A DNA stretch of 64,000 bases from Vicugna vicugna (taxonomy: Eukaryota). The translations under genes were made by a program, and so were the position numbers. Each line of letters begins with the position of its first letter. The stretch's first letter is position 1. The notes under the pieces are model-generated. The model had not been told where the DNA came from and searched no databases. It saw nothing but the letters and a program-made list of their open reading frames with translations. Below, in pieces: positions 40,137 through 53,660 of this stretch. The stretch is from NCBI GenBank assembly GCA_013265495.1, contig MU058451.1, positions 2,537,305 through 2,601,304 on the forward strand. Reading direction: 5' to 3'.

Positions 40137-40517
40137 TGTCTTAGCTCAAGCTGGCGTAACAAAACACCATAGACTGGGAGGCTTAAACAACAGACATTTA
40201 TTTTCTCACAGTTGTGGAGGCTGGATGCTAAGGTCAAGATGCTAGAATGGTCAGTTCCTGATGAGAGAGCTCCCTTCCTGGCTTGTAGACAGCCAATTTC
40301 TTATGTCCTCCCTTGTGGGGAGAGGGGAGGTGAGGAGTAGAGAGCTAGCTGTCTGGTGTCTGTTCTTATAAGGGCACCAATTCCACATTGAGGGCTCTAC
40401 CTTCATGATCCATCTAAGCCTAACTACCTCCCAAAGACCCTATCTCCAAGCACCATCACCTTGGGGGGTAGAGCTTCAACATATGAATTTGCGGCATACA
40501 TAATTCAATCCACAGCA
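40137..40517 (-). mobile_element. MLT1 (ERVL-MaLR) solo LTR nested in L1
   Basis: TG...CA ends. aacaaaacaccatagactgggaggcttaaacaacagacatttatt, cttcaacatatgaattt. Confidence 0.85.
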
Positions 40518-41954
40518 GCACCCCTACTGTTTTTCTGTCAACTTATTTTAAGGCCTGTTAGTAGATACATGTATATTTAGAATTGTTGGTCTTCTTGATG
40601 ATTTTATCCTTTTATAATTGGTAATTTTATCCTTGATAATATTTCTTGTTCTTAACTCTACTTTGTCTGATATAAATATAGCCACTCCAGCTTTATTATG
40701 ATTAGTGTTTGCATAAACTATCATTTTCCATCCTTTTACCAATCTGTGTCTTCATATTTAAAGTGCATTTCTTTACGTATCATATAGTTGTAGTTTCTGC
40801 TCTTTTATTCAGTCTGACATTCTCTACCTTTTAACCATAGTGTTTAGACCATTTATATTTAACATAATTATCAATATGAGTTTAAATCTATCACACTGTT
40901 CTTTGTTTTCTATTTATCCCATGTGTTCATTACTCCCTTTTTCTACCTCTTTTCTACCTTCTTTTAGATTACAATTTTTTTTATGATTCCACTTTATTTC
41001 CACTATCATTTCTTAGCTATTCTCTTTTCTTCACTCTGCATCAGTATGCTTCATTAACTTACCACAGCTTCTCTTCACACTGTATTTTATCAGTTCATGT
41101 ATAATGTAAGAACCTTACCTAGATTTTCTACATGTTTACAGCAGGAGGGTAAATCTACTCCCAGTTATTCCACCATGGCCAGAAACATAAGCCACTAAAA
41201 TGATTTTTTAAATAATTTGATTTTTATCTAATACTGGGGGGAAACAAATATTGGGGGACCTGTTTCATATTTCACTTCAAAGAGAAAAAGCTCTATTTCT
41301 ATTTCATATAATGAAGAGTGTCACATCTGGTCTAATCAAGCAATGAATTATGTTTTAAAGGATTACAATGACCGCTAATTCCTATTCGTAATGTTAAACA
41401 TAGCCTGCCTAAGACAAGAGCTTATGACCCAGAATAATCCTTCTTTTACCTTAAAATTATCTCCCTGGCTCTCTGATTCCTGGCTTCATTGAATTCCAGT
41501 TCATTCTCCCTCATCTTTGCTTTGGTAACCTATTCAAATTCTCTTCTCTGGATTATGAGAGCTTTGAAAGACAATGTATTTTAATATTTCCTTATTATGG
41601 GTTTAGACTTATTTTCCCCAAATGAAAAACACTGTTAATTTAATTAATGCAATCTTATGTGAAAACAAGAGGAAAACAGTAAAAGTTTTGTCTTGTAGTC
41701 TTTCAATTCTCCATCTATAACGTGATATCCTCATGAAGAAATATCATTTTTAAAGGAAGTATCATCTTGAAAAGTTCTGACATACATTTTTGTATAAAGC
41801 ACATGATAAAAGAGAAAGAATATATTCCCCAAACCAAGGGATATAATATACAGGAGGGAAAATTACATATAGAATGAATTCCTGCTTTTCACCACTTCTT
41901 ATTTCACTCATCCAAGAGGCTTTAGAGTTGTGTCCTTGGCTGACTTTTTCCTAT

Positions 41955-42032
41955 TAGATCAAATCATATGAAACTGGCATTTTTATAGGTCAAAGAAAGG
42001 TCTAAAACTGGCGATTTCATAGTGTTTAACCT
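41955..42032. mobile_element. MADE2-like mariner MITE
   Basis: About 78 bp with degenerate TIRs tagatcaaatcatatgaaactggc / gcgatttcatagtgtttaacct. Confidence 0.7.
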
Positions 42033-43059
42033 CTCACTAATCAATTAGGCACAGACCTTGGAGGACTAACCAAAGTGAATGCACCCAGCCTGTATGTTGC
42101 TTTAACAGTACACAAGCACCATCTGGCGGCAGAAAGCAAAATTGTAGTTTTATACCTGTTGATACCACTACTGCTACAAACGTATTCAAAGTTTCTCAAC
42201 TGTGCTACTTTCCAACATGATTTTTTTAAAGGGTGTTACAGACTGGTGAGGAACATTCACACTGATAGCTTGAACAAAATAAATAGCAAATGAACATCGC
42301 AATGATTTGCAGCTAGTCATTAGTCTATATAATGCAGACTTTGAAATATAATAAGCTATTTCATAAACTAAAATCTTGGTTATTTCTAGTTTTACTGATA
42401 ATTAACATAATGAATAAAATCAGTTCAGATACTTCAAAAAGCATGCTTCTCTGTATCAAAATTTCTACTAATAGCCATAGTTGTCCATCAAGTTCTTTCT
42501 AACTCTCAAAGATTTATTTCCCAGGAGAAAGGTGGAGACCATGAAGCCTGGAGTAAGTACCTGGATCTGCCTATAAGAACAAGTAGCTTTTTGGCAAAGT
42601 AATTCAAACTCTTTCCTTGTTTAACTTGCTATGACTCCTCCCAGACATGCCACGAGAAAACCTTACTAACCTAGCTACTACAAGTGTTTGGGCCAGGAAT
42701 TGAATACATGAACCAAAGGCAACCAAATATTGTCTTAACACAAAACACAGTAACCAAACCTGAGGACAGGGGTGCTTGGCATGGGTGCATGCCATGAAAC
42801 TGTTTCAAATGAATGATGACAAAGCAATATAACCAAATCCTTTTGGGAAGGAAGTATAAATGCCAGATAATGAAGAACAGATATATCACTCAAAGTTAGG
42901 CTGTATCCTAAACACCACATTCTGCAAGATATATTACACATCCCTATTCTGGAAACTCTAGACGCAAAAGCCTTCTTCCTATATGTACTTCCAACAAACC
43001 CTCAAAGTCAAAAATAATTTTCAAATACCCTTCGTTTTGGCTTTAAAGAGTGATAAAAT

Positions 43060-43850
43060 GAACTCCTTCTAAATATCTTCTAGTCAATTTAAACTCAACA
43101 CAGTCAAAATTGAATTCCTCATCTTTCCAAAGACCTATCCAGCTGTTCTCATTGTGAACAATATGACTAGCGATCCAGATATGTTATCCTTCACACCCTC
43201 TTATCAATCCCCAAGTGCTATCAAATCTACCTTCTAAATGTCCCCTCTTCTCCATCTTCACTCTTCCATATTCCTTGTAATGCATCTTACTCTCTGAATT
43301 TTAAGCCTATCCAAACTGTTTTCCACATACTGCCAAAGGAATATTCCTAAAACAGATATTCAATTATTTTATCTGTCAGCTAAAAAATCCTTCCAAGGCT
43401 CCCAATCACCTTCAGGATAAAACTTAAACCCCATGGCATGCCGCTTGAGGACATCCGGGTCAGAAACCTGCCTGAACCTCAGCCTTTTCATTCCACTCAA
43501 ATCAAATTGCTTGCAAGTCCACAAATGAACTAAAACCTCTCAGGACTCCCTGCCATCGTTCCCAAAACCTAGATTGCTTTTTCCTACCTTCCTCAGCTGC
43601 GTAACACCTCATTGACCTTGAGATTCAGTTCAAGTGTCAACCCCTTCTAGGGGGCTTCTTTAATTCCCCGGTCCAAGTGAGGGGCTTGTTCTCCACGTTT
43701 CCACAGCCCACGAGGGACACAACTTACCGTTCCGATGGTTTCTTTTCATTGCCTTCCTCCTCTAGGAGACTCAGAGTCTAACCTGAATGTCTTTCATCAA
43801 AGTATCTATTCCAACACAACATGTGGCAAAGAGTAGGCATTTGATAAGTC
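43060..43850 (+). mobile_element. LINE-2 remnant (followed by MIR about 43860-43965)
   Basis: aaactcaacacagtcaaaattgaattcctcatc...gagtaggcatttgataa. Confidence 0.7.
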
Positions 43851-44819
43851 CTTTCATTTGGTGGTATTATCTCTAGCTGGCAAATGAAGCTAAGGGAGGT
43901 CCAGGGCCTTGCCCAAGACCACACAGCCAAAAGCATCAGAAGTAGGATTTGAACCCAATGTTCTGACCATAATGGAAATGACTTTCCCTCAGAATCTTTG
44001 CCTTGAGGGAACCACTCTATAAAATAATTGTGCTCTGAATAGCATTTTGGATAGGACTAAATCCTGTTTCCCCAGGCTGGGCACAAACTCAAAGCTGGCC
44101 AATTAAAGTATCCCCTCACCCCAAATCTGGCCTGAATGACAAATTCTGGAATGAACAGGCTACTCAGAGTCTTTCTTGGGACTTTTCTAAGAACTATTTA
44201 AAAACAAACAAACAAAAAATGTGTTCCTCCCTGAGTGCCCTAAGTCTAAGGACTATATAGCATATGAGATATAGCAAACGGAAGTGAGCATGTTTGAAAA
44301 TAAAGTCAAGCAGAGGAAAACTGAGACAAGAGCTAGAAAGAGAGAAATGGAAAATGAGGAAAAACAACACTGAAGCCCTATATCCAACCATGCCCGAAGG
44401 TCTCCCCAAGACATCGCCTATAATATAGCTTGAGTCATGGCCCTCTGAAAACCTGCATCAGTATACTGGGGGGCTTTCTGGCCATTAGCCAAGCAATAAT
44501 GCTTCTTTAATCCATGAATACAAAAAAAAAAAGGATAAAACTGTAGGAGGCCTAATTTCACCCATTCAATTCCTTCAGATAGTGGATGTTTTTATAACAA
44601 AGGTAAGAGAACAAAAGCATAAAATGTTCTCCAATTTTTACATCTTGTACTCCATCAAATAAATTTTTGTATGTATTCAACTTTGTAATATATCTGTTAG
44701 TAAACAATGCCCCAAATGAGAAAGAAAAAGATGTTTGGACATGTTCATTTTAAAATATCTTGGGTGCAATAAAAGGAGACACAGGTTTTTGTTTTTTTTT
44801 TTTAAGTCACAGGTGTTTT

Positions 44820-44979
44820 TTTAATGTTGCATAATCACTTTTAGTTTATTTTTAATTTTGGGGGGGAGTAATTACATTTACTTATTTAATTACTTCCAAT
44901 GGGGGCACTGGGGAATTGAACCCAGGACCTCGTGCATGTTAAGCATGCACTCTACCACTTGAGCTATACCCTCCCTCCG
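44820..44979 (-). mobile_element. Camelid tRNA-derived SINE (Vic-1-like)
   Basis: Reverse complement GGAGGGTATAGCTCAAGTGGTAGAGTGCATGC...GGTTCAATTCCCCAG with A/B boxes and A-rich tail. TSD acaggt(g/a)tttt at 44809-44819 and 44980-44990. Confidence 0.92.
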
Positions 44980-46974
44980 ACAGGTATTTTAGAATCCAGG
45001 TTGTACCCACAAAGTTTGCTCATGGGTAAACCTCTTTTTCCTCCAGTTATCACAAAACAGGGTAGCGGTGGAAAAGACCTTTTTTATGAGTTCCTCCTCA
45101 GGCCTTTGAATGAGTTCAAGTGAAGAAGCCTCATGAGGAAAGAAGAGATTTTAAAAATAGCATGGGTAATATCTAATTATTAATTAATACTATTTTAAGT
45201 GGAAAATGAAAGGACCTTTTCAAAAATCCCTCTAAAAGATACCTGTTTCTTGAACTTCTTAACCTTTCATTCCTTGCGTTATTAAGAAGCTACTGATTCA
45301 TTTGGAGTCTGACAAGGAGAAAAGCGTCTCCTCTGATCTTTGGCTCCAAATCCCCTGTAACACATTCAGGTGCTGTCATCTGCAAATTAAGGTCATATGT
45401 GAAATCGTAAGTTTAACAGCCTAATGAGTAATGGTTAGGTTTGCCCTTCTGTGAGCAGAGAGCTTTTAAGTTGAAACATGGCTTGGCAGCTTACCAGTAC
45501 TTTCCTATTTTCTTTTTACCCTTTTTGTGTTCTGCAGAAAATTCTGAAGACGCTCCAAAAATCTGAAGGGAAAGTCCACTTTATCCATGCGGTGGGAACA
45601 GCCTAAGGCAAAAACCCTTTAAAGAAGTCATAAAAAAATTCTTGCAGCCCTCATGACAACCACGGAATCAGATCTTGAAACTAGACATTGCCAACAAAGG
45701 AATAATGTCAACATTCTTAATGGAAATCTAAAACGGGGAAAAAAATCAAACCAAACCACATGACTCCGGTCACATCCTCACATACCAACTCCTCTCCCCC
45801 CTGGTCCAGCCTGTTCCAGCCACCCTGGCCTCCAGGTGGAGGCACACAGCACGGGGCGCACGCCTACTTCAGGGCTCTGCACTCTGCTGCTTCTGCCTGA
45901 ATGTTCTCCCCTTCGCTCACGACACTCACACTGATTCTTCCCTCTGCTCCTTTAGGTCTTATCAAATCTGTCACCTTCCTGACTGACTGAGCTCCATAAG
46001 GACAGAGATTATTGTCTGATTTTTCATTGCTTTAGCACTAGATTTCTTTCATTTAAAAGTAATAGGTTCATTAGTCAAAAAGGCTCTAGTCCTTCAAATA
46101 AAGAACTACAGATACTGAAATACAATAAATGTTTACATATAACATCCTCATGGCTCTATTCATTATAGTACATTAAAAGTAAAACACCTTGCAAGTATAA
46201 CGTAGACAAGGTGTTCCTATCTCAGGGGACCAAATCTATCTATCGTGCTTAAGTAGGCAAAGAGTTTTATTCACATGAAGTAATCTCAGACCGATGAGAA
46301 AGGCAACGGGTGTGTTACAGAGAAAAAGACAAAGTAAAGCAACTGTAAGATAAATGGTGTGTCCCTCCTGCCTCCCATGCGGTGTGGACACCAAGCTGAG
46401 AGTCAGGAAGCCTGCTGCCAACAGATGCTCCACAGTGAGAAGCAAGGATGCTAGCAAAGAGAATGGGAATGGAACAAACATCCCGGGGAGCAGAGGAGAG
46501 CTAAGGGTTTAGACCAAGACAGCAAGGGGAAGATGGTGAATATTCTCTGGAAGCATTACCTGAGGGGGAAAGATGGACCACAAGTCACCAACTGCAGGTT
46601 TCAGCGGGGCAAGCAAGAGAGGTGTCAGCTACCTGGTGGACAAGAGACATCACCACAAAGACCAGAGGAGCCAGAGGGGGCGCACCCTCCTGCCCCACTA
46701 GGACAATACAGTAAATCCCCCCCAGACATGTAGGGAAGGAAAAGGGGGAGAGGCAGAAGCTTTTCTTAAAGAACCTGAACAATAATATTTAAATGAACCA
46801 TTTACAATTTGAATACGACTAAACCTTAGGTGATAGTTTTTCCACTACCAAGCAAGACATCAAAAAGCATTAGATTATCTATCGATTAAACAAGTATCTT
46901 CTCCTCATATCTGAACTGTAATAATCTGTCAGTAAATATACAAAATGTTTTTAAAAGCATCAGCATCCCAACAC

Positions 46975-47118
46975 TAGAAGAAATGATAACTGTGTGACTG
47001 GACAGAGGTATCAGCTAACACTATAATGGCAATCATATTGTAATGTAAATGTATCAAATCATTATATTGTATTCGTTAAACTTACACAATGTTATATGCC
47101 AATTACGCCTCAAAAAAG
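46975..47118 (+). mobile_element. L1MA9-like 3' end
   Basis: gctaacactataatggcaatcatattg...aaacttacacaatgttatatgccaatta. Confidence 0.7.
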
Positions 47119-48024
47119 AAAACTTTAAAGTATCAGCAAATATCTGATCACACATGAGAATTTCTTAAGCATAAAAGCAGTGAGAGCAATGCACACAAAA
47201 AATAGATTAGACCATATTTAACATTTAAAACTGCAGTACATTAAAGACAAACACAAAACTAAAAGCTAATTTTTTAAAAGCAGGAAAATCAAACAAATAG
47301 AATAGACTTTATGTTAATACCCTCAACACATAAACATTTGAAGACTGATCGAGCAATGCAATAAAAATTAGCAAATTAAAAGAGACGAAAAGGACAAGTA
47401 ACTAATAAATATCTGAAAAGCTGTTCAACCTCACAAAGTAATCAATAAAACTGAAAGTTTAAAACATATCACTTTCAACCACTTAACTAACTTAAGACAA
47501 TGTGTTTTAAACTCAGCATTGTCACAATAATACAAAATATACTATACGAAATCAGTATAAACTTCAATGCAATTGGGTAATACATTACCGTTTTTTAACC
47601 CAGTAGTCCCACCCAGTAGTCCCCTTATAGTAATCTACCTTAAGGAAATAATCAGTAATGTGAACAAAAACTTGTATATAAAGAGTGTTTACTGCAATAT
47701 TATTTATAATTGCCAAAAAAGGAAGAAAAACAATCTAGATAATCAAAAACAGGTATATTTTGTTTATATACTTATCAAGTATTCCTTGTTTACACCTGTT
47801 TAAATACTTGCAAAGTATACCCCAGCTATGTGAAGTATTATATAGCCACCAAAATTATTTTCAGAGGTTAAAGATATGAAAAATGATTACTATATTAAGT
47901 GAAAAGGGCAAAATACTGCATATTGGGAATAAACAAATTATGATACATTCACACAAAGAAATATTATTCAGCAATTAAAAACTGCAAACCCCAGGCTCAA
48001 GCAACATGGATAAATCTCAAAACC

Positions 48025-48058
<34 letters not shown>

Positions 48059-48069
48059 AAAAAAAAAAA

Positions 48070-48280
48070 CTAACTACTATATATAAAATAGATAAACAAC
48101 GAGGTCCTGCTGTCTAGCACAGGAAACCATATTCAGTATCTTGTAATAGCCTATAATGAAAAAGAATATGAATAGGAATATATATGTATAAATGAATCAC
48201 TATGCTGTATATCAGAAATTAACATAACATTGCAAATCTATACTTCAATTAAAAATAAATAAATAAAACAAAATAAGAAA
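48070..48280 (+). mobile_element. Artiodactyl-type L1 3' end nested in older L1ME/MC fragments (about 47150-48860)
   Basis: ctactatatataaaatagataaacaacgaggtcctgctgtctagcacagg...tacttcaattaaaaataaa. Confidence 0.82.
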
Positions 48281-49355
48281 ACAATTATAATAAGTGAAAA
48301 AAGCCAGACACAAAAGAGTAAATACTGTATGACTCTATTTATAGAAGTTCAAGGACAAGCAAAACTAATCTATGGTGACAGAACAGTGGTTACTTCTGAG
48401 AAGAGGTATATGAAGTGCAAATAAGTGTGAGGAAGCTCTCACACTGATGGAAATGTTCTGGATCTCGATGGGGTGGTGATCACATGAGGATATAAGTAAG
48501 CAGAAAGTCATCAAACAATTAATATACACACACATAAATAAAATAATAAAATAAAGTCAGGACATGTACATTTAAGATTTGTGCATTTTACCGTTCATAT
48601 AGTATACCTCCACAAAGTAATACAGAAATTGCATATAAAGGGTAATTTCAATTTGGTTAAATATATTTATATGCAAAGACTAAAAAGAATGTCAAGTACA
48701 TTAAAATATTAAAGGTGCTACATCAATTAAAAATAAATAATTAAAAATAAAAATATTAAAAAAATAAAGGTGTTTAATTGGGATTGCAGGTTATTTATAT
48801 TTTTAATTTACTGCATCTTCCACATTCTCTACAATGAGTTATATGATTCATAAACAATCAGGAAAAAAGACCATACAATTTTTTTTTAATTCTACCATGC
48901 TTGCAAAAGAAAATTCTGCTACACTTATAACACAAAATTATTCAATGTGCAGAAAGACTTAGTAAATCCTTCCAAGAACTTCCCTATAAATTATAAGCAC
49001 TCATGTTTGCAATGTCTTCAGACAAATTAAGAAAAGCACTAATTAAGCTAAGCACCTGCTTAGTGAATAAGCAAGCAAGACAACTGCAAAGCCCGCACCA
49101 CCCTGTGGAACGACTTTACAACGTGGTCCTGCCTGCAATAAACACAGGGCTCTCAGGACGCAACAAAAACCAGTTCCTGAAAACCAGTTATTCTTTTTTA
49201 ATTTAAACATTTCTTATATGGCTGATACATCTAAACTCCATGCAAAAATGCCTCAAGTGAATTTTCTTTACAACGAAAATACACTTTGAGTTTCAGAAAC
49301 TTGTATATATGCATAAAATAATAAATAAGAACAAAACCAAAGAAGATATACAAAC

Positions 49356-49491
49356 CTCTGATTGTACATGCCCCGAAAGTTGTAATTAGCTCTATAATTT
49401 GGGAAAGGCTTTGGATCTAAGGGCCTGTAGATGGCAGGCTCTCCCCTTTTCATAGCCAGCCCATTCAGTTCCACAGTTGGAGTTATACTAC
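49356..49491 (-). CDS. STAU2: STAU2 coding exon (136 nt, phase 1 to 2): (G)SITPTVELNGLAMKRGEPAIYRPLDPKPFPNYRANYNFRGMYNQ(R), N-half of split dsRBD2
   Basis: Translation matches STAU2. Acceptor TTTAAACAG|GT, donor CAGAG|GTTTGT. Phase is continuous with both neighbours. Confidence 0.97.
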
Positions 49492-50819
49492 CTGTTTAAA
49501 AGAAATATTAAAGGCACACAAGTGAAATATTTCCATAATAAACCATGCAATCTATATTTTACATATAATTACCATGGAAGAAGGTGGAAGTGGGTGGCCC
49601 CTTCTGTACGATTTTCTAAGGGGGTGCATAAACAAACTAAACAGGAAAATCATTCCTAACGAAATCTCTTTGGGGTTTTGCAACATTTTTTGTACATTAA
49701 TGACCAAAAATTCAACTTTTATAGTCACACTATTTCAAAACAAGGAAAACAGAAGGATCATAGATTGCTTAGTTTGAATATTATAAAGCAGGTGTTGAAC
49801 TTCAAAGTTACTTACCGCAGAAAGTTTGTAATTATTTAATCATTAAGAACATCACAGTCTGTGAATATTTTTATTTATAGTTTGGTAATCAAGTGACGAA
49901 AATTAGCAACGAATACAGGGTCATCAGTAATTCTTAGACTTAGCTAATGAAAATAAATTTTGAGATTTTTCTATAACCAACCACACGACAAAGTAGTAAA
50001 GATAAGTAAAGCTTTTTGTAGATAATCTTTAAAGATACACACTGAAGCATTTGTGGATGAAGTGATACACCTGAAATTTGTTTTAAAATAATTCAGAGGC
50101 CACAGGGATGAGAAACAAGACTGGCCACCATGTGTGGATAACAGAAGCAACTGATGACAAGTTCAGGGATGCTCAATACCTTAGTCTTTCTTCTGCAAAA
50201 GTTCGAAAAATCCCATAATATATAACACACACAACGTAAAATTATTAGGTCAAGTTATTTTAAGTACCAAAAAAGGTTATTTAGTAAAACATATATATGT
50301 TCTATATAACAAATCACAAAAATGAATCGTAAGCTTTTACAGAAAGTAAAATTTATGTCAAGTGTAAATTCTGTACTATTTTATTTGAATTATGCCTTTT
50401 GCACCATACATCATGAACAAAAACGGGTCCACTTATTGCAGCAGAGAAACGGGGGCACAAAGTACAGGCCGGAGCAGGGGAGCCTGACGCAAACACACAA
50501 CAGGCAGCCAGGTGACAAGCAATTCATCACGAGTCACAAGCTGCTCATTTTGTGTCTCATTTCAAAAGAAATCATGTGAAACCACTGAAGATTACTATTA
50601 AGAACAAGAACTAAACCAAGGTGAAGAAAAAGCAAAAAATAAAGGGCGTGGGAGGAAAGGATGACGCAGAAAAGGGAGAGATAAGGATAAGAAAAACAGC
50701 AAAGAAAAGTTAACAAATATAGTAAGTCCAATTAGTCCAAACCCCCATTTTAATACGTAACGCTCAGGGCAGAGGAATATTAAGTCAAGCATAAAGGGAT
50801 TCTCTTTTCTTTCTTTGTT

Positions 50820-51335
50820 TCTAACAGTATTTGACGGAGGGATAAATAAAATGCACAAACCTTAAGCACACAGCTCCATGAATTACTACACGCATAAACA
50901 CTCATATACACCTTTCAGATCAAGATACAAGCACTTCCATCACCCAGGAATACCCAGTCAATACCCACCTCCCCAAGATACCCACTCTGACTTGTCAGCA
51001 CAGATCAGTTCTGCCAGTTCTTCAAGTCTGATTATGTATTCGTTTGTCTAGCTTCTTTCACTCAACATAATGATTTCATTGGATATATCAGTACTTCAGA
51101 GTTTATCACCAAATAGTATTCTACTAAGTTTATCTGATCTGCTGTTAATGGGACATTTGGATTGTTTCCAGTTTGAGGCTATTAAGTATAAAGCCACCGT
51201 GAACATTTTTTAAATGTCTCTTAGTGGACATACACACTCTTTTCAGTTGGGCATATACCCAGAAGTGGAACTGGCAGGTCACAGAGGAGGTTTATGTTTA
51301 ACTTTATTAGTAACTACCTAACAGTTTTCCAAAGA
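50820..51335 (-). mobile_element. Ancient L1 3' end (reverse)
   Basis: gatcaagatacaagcacttccatcaccc...ggacatttggattgtttccagttt. Confidence 0.75.
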
Positions 51336-51762
51336 TTTTTTTTAACACCAAAGAGCCACTGATGCCTTTAAAAGTTTGAACTGTTCTTATTTTATAAAGA
51401 TTTCAGTTTAATAATTAACATGTTCACCAGTTGTACGATTTATGTCATCATGAATGCTACTCTGCAGCAATCATACAGGCACAAATATCGTAACAATCAA
51501 ATGGGAAAAGAAGAAAAAAAAAAGCTTGAAGGACCTCATCCTTTAAGTATGGCAATACACAGGAAACTAACATGTCTGAAAATCACCAGTGAGGTCTGTC
51601 ACCCACACCAAAATTGCATTTTAAGCTAGGTAAAAGTACTGAATTCATATCATTTAAAGAAAGAAACAATCTCATATAAATTCATTTGAAAGTAAGACTA
51701 TATTTTCTTCACAGAAATGCTAGAAACTGGTGTTTGTGAAGAAGAGTTAGAAGAGAAGCAGA

Positions 51763-52021
51763 GGGAAAGGGGCTGGGAAGGGATAAATCGGGAGTTTGAG
51801 ATTTGCAGATACTAATATATACAAAACAGATAAACAACAAGTTCATACTGCATAGCACAGGGAACTAATTTCAATATCTTGTAATAACTTTTGGTGAAAA
51901 AATATGAAAACGAATATATGTATGATCATGTATGACTGAAGCATTATGTTGTACAACAGAAAGTGACACAATGTTGTAAACTGACTCTACTTCAATAAAA
52001 ATATGTACACAAAAAAGAGAG
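51763..52021 (+). mobile_element. Young 5'-truncated camelid-type L1 3' end
   Basis: gggataaatcgggagtttgagatttgcagatac...cttcaataaaa. TSD agagaagcaga at 51752-51762 and 52022-52032. Confidence 0.88.
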
Positions 52022-52619
52022 AGAGAAGCAGAAAAGCACAAACCACGCTGATAAGGTTTCAATTTCTTAAGAGCAAAGCACTACACCTGTTTCCTATAGA
52101 ACAAGACTGACATCTCCATGTGCGCACACCTCTCTTGACTTACACAGTGAGGCTCTCACAGAAGACATTAAAAGAATAACTTCAAACTATGAGCTGCCTC
52201 CAGGAAACGCTAAGTACCACTGCTTCCAGTGAGTGAGAGTTGGACCCAGGTTGCATAAAGATAATCATTACATAGGAATCCTCATGTATTTTACGGCTAT
52301 CAAGTTGACACTGTGAACACATAATCAGAATACATTAAAGGAAATTTCTACATTTACCAATGATAAAAACAGACTAATTAATTAGATATATAAACATACT
52401 TAACAACTGTGGATTCCCATCATATGACAGGCAAAAAAAAAAAACTTCCACAACTACTTTTCAAGGAGCAACATATTACTAACACTTAAAGAAACAACTT
52501 TGCAGGAAGTTAGAAAAGCCCCTGGAACACAGCAGTCACTCAATAAATGTTTGCTGAAAGAATGAACTGATTAACTAACCAATCAGGGCCCTGGGAGGAA
52601 TGACAGGAGCCAGGGTAAG

Positions 52620-53660
52620 GAAAACACACGATGACCTAGGAACATCTTATTGTGCCAGGAAGTCAGAAATGCCCAACAAATGATGAGGAAGCATCTGAAG
52701 TTCACAGGACTCAACCTGAAGGGGCCATTCCACTGGCCAAAGCTGGGACAATTTGATCATCAGAATAAATAACGACAGTAACAGATCATAAGCCTGTAGG
52801 TAAAATAGGAATCCAAGAGTCTACAGTGATATAAATAAACAAACACAAAATGAGGGGAATGAGAAATCTCTCAGGCAAAATGCTGATGAATACATCGAAA
52901 ACGAATATGCAATTAAAAATCACCCTTTTGGCAACCTTCAGAGTAGTCATTGATTCAGACAAGAATCATCCATGGATGTCAAATCTGGCGAGTGAAAGTT
53001 TGATAAGAACAGAATGCTTATGTAGTCTCAAAGTATCTCCTCAGAAAACACTTGTTAATTGTACTACGTAATAATAAAATACACGTCTTAATTAACTTTA
53101 CAATAGAGAGGCCTGGCAGACACAGTCTTAACCAAATGACAAAAATCATCACTAATGGGACAAATCAATATCCTGTGTCTCCTGTTATGACACTGAGCCC
53201 AGGTCACTTCTGTGATATGTGCTAAAAGTGCGTAAATCATGAGGAAACACCAGGTAAACTCAACTGAGGGGCATTCTACAAATGATATCAAGGTCACAAA
53301 GGACTTGAAGGCCTGAGGAACTGTTCCAGACTGAAGTGGAATGAAGAGAAACAGTAAATCCGTGATCCTGATTAGATGCTGGACCTACAAAGGGTGTTCC
53401 TGGGACCATCAGTGAAATGTGAATGGAGTCTGTGGATTACACGGGGATACGAGATCAGCAGTAACTCCCTGACAGACAGTGTCTGTGTACTTAGGAAGTA
53501 CGCACAGATGCGCTCAGGGGTAACGGGACGTCATGTCCACAACTTATGCTCAAGTGGTTCAGAAACGCTAACCATTTCTGGGTAATGGGTACCTGGGAGT
53601 TCTACGTATTCTTTCTATAAAATTTATATAAATCTGAAATTATTTCCCCAAAAAAAGTTA
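52620..53660 (+). mobile_element. L1MC4/5-like 3' region
   Basis: ggggccattccactggccaaagctgggacaatttg...tctgaaattatttc. Confidence 0.7.

Larger units (their letters stand above)
36330..41190 (-). mobile_element. Long ancient L1 (L1M/L1ME-like), sense to STAU2, interrupted by nested elements
   Basis: EN-domain remnants 40548-40742 (KGWKMIVYANTNHNKAGVAIFISDK) and 39885-40082 (EYTFFSSTHG). 3'UTR near 36330, 5'-end-like motif near 41130-41190. Confidence 0.88.
482..49355 (-). other. STAU2: STAU2 intron, 48,874 nt (GT...AG)
   Basis: Defined by the flanking exon boundaries. The protein is continuous across it, so no constitutive coding exon is missing. Confidence 0.93.

Noticed and set aside
11320..43730. 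Other minus-strand GTAAGT/GTGAGT-type donors (about 11330, 11515, 22058, 43725)
   Set aside because: No convincing paired acceptor was noticed, and such motifs are expected by chance in a 49-kb intron.
47598..47623. 13-bp tandem duplication acccagtagtccc (also a short AT-rich duplication near 15192-15229)
   Set aside because: Ordinary slippage within repeat-derived or low-complexity DNA.
476..49494. AG|GT at the start of two exons as recursive splice sites
   Set aside because: The regenerated donors GTAGTA and GTACCA are poor, and the bases are explained by coding sequence.
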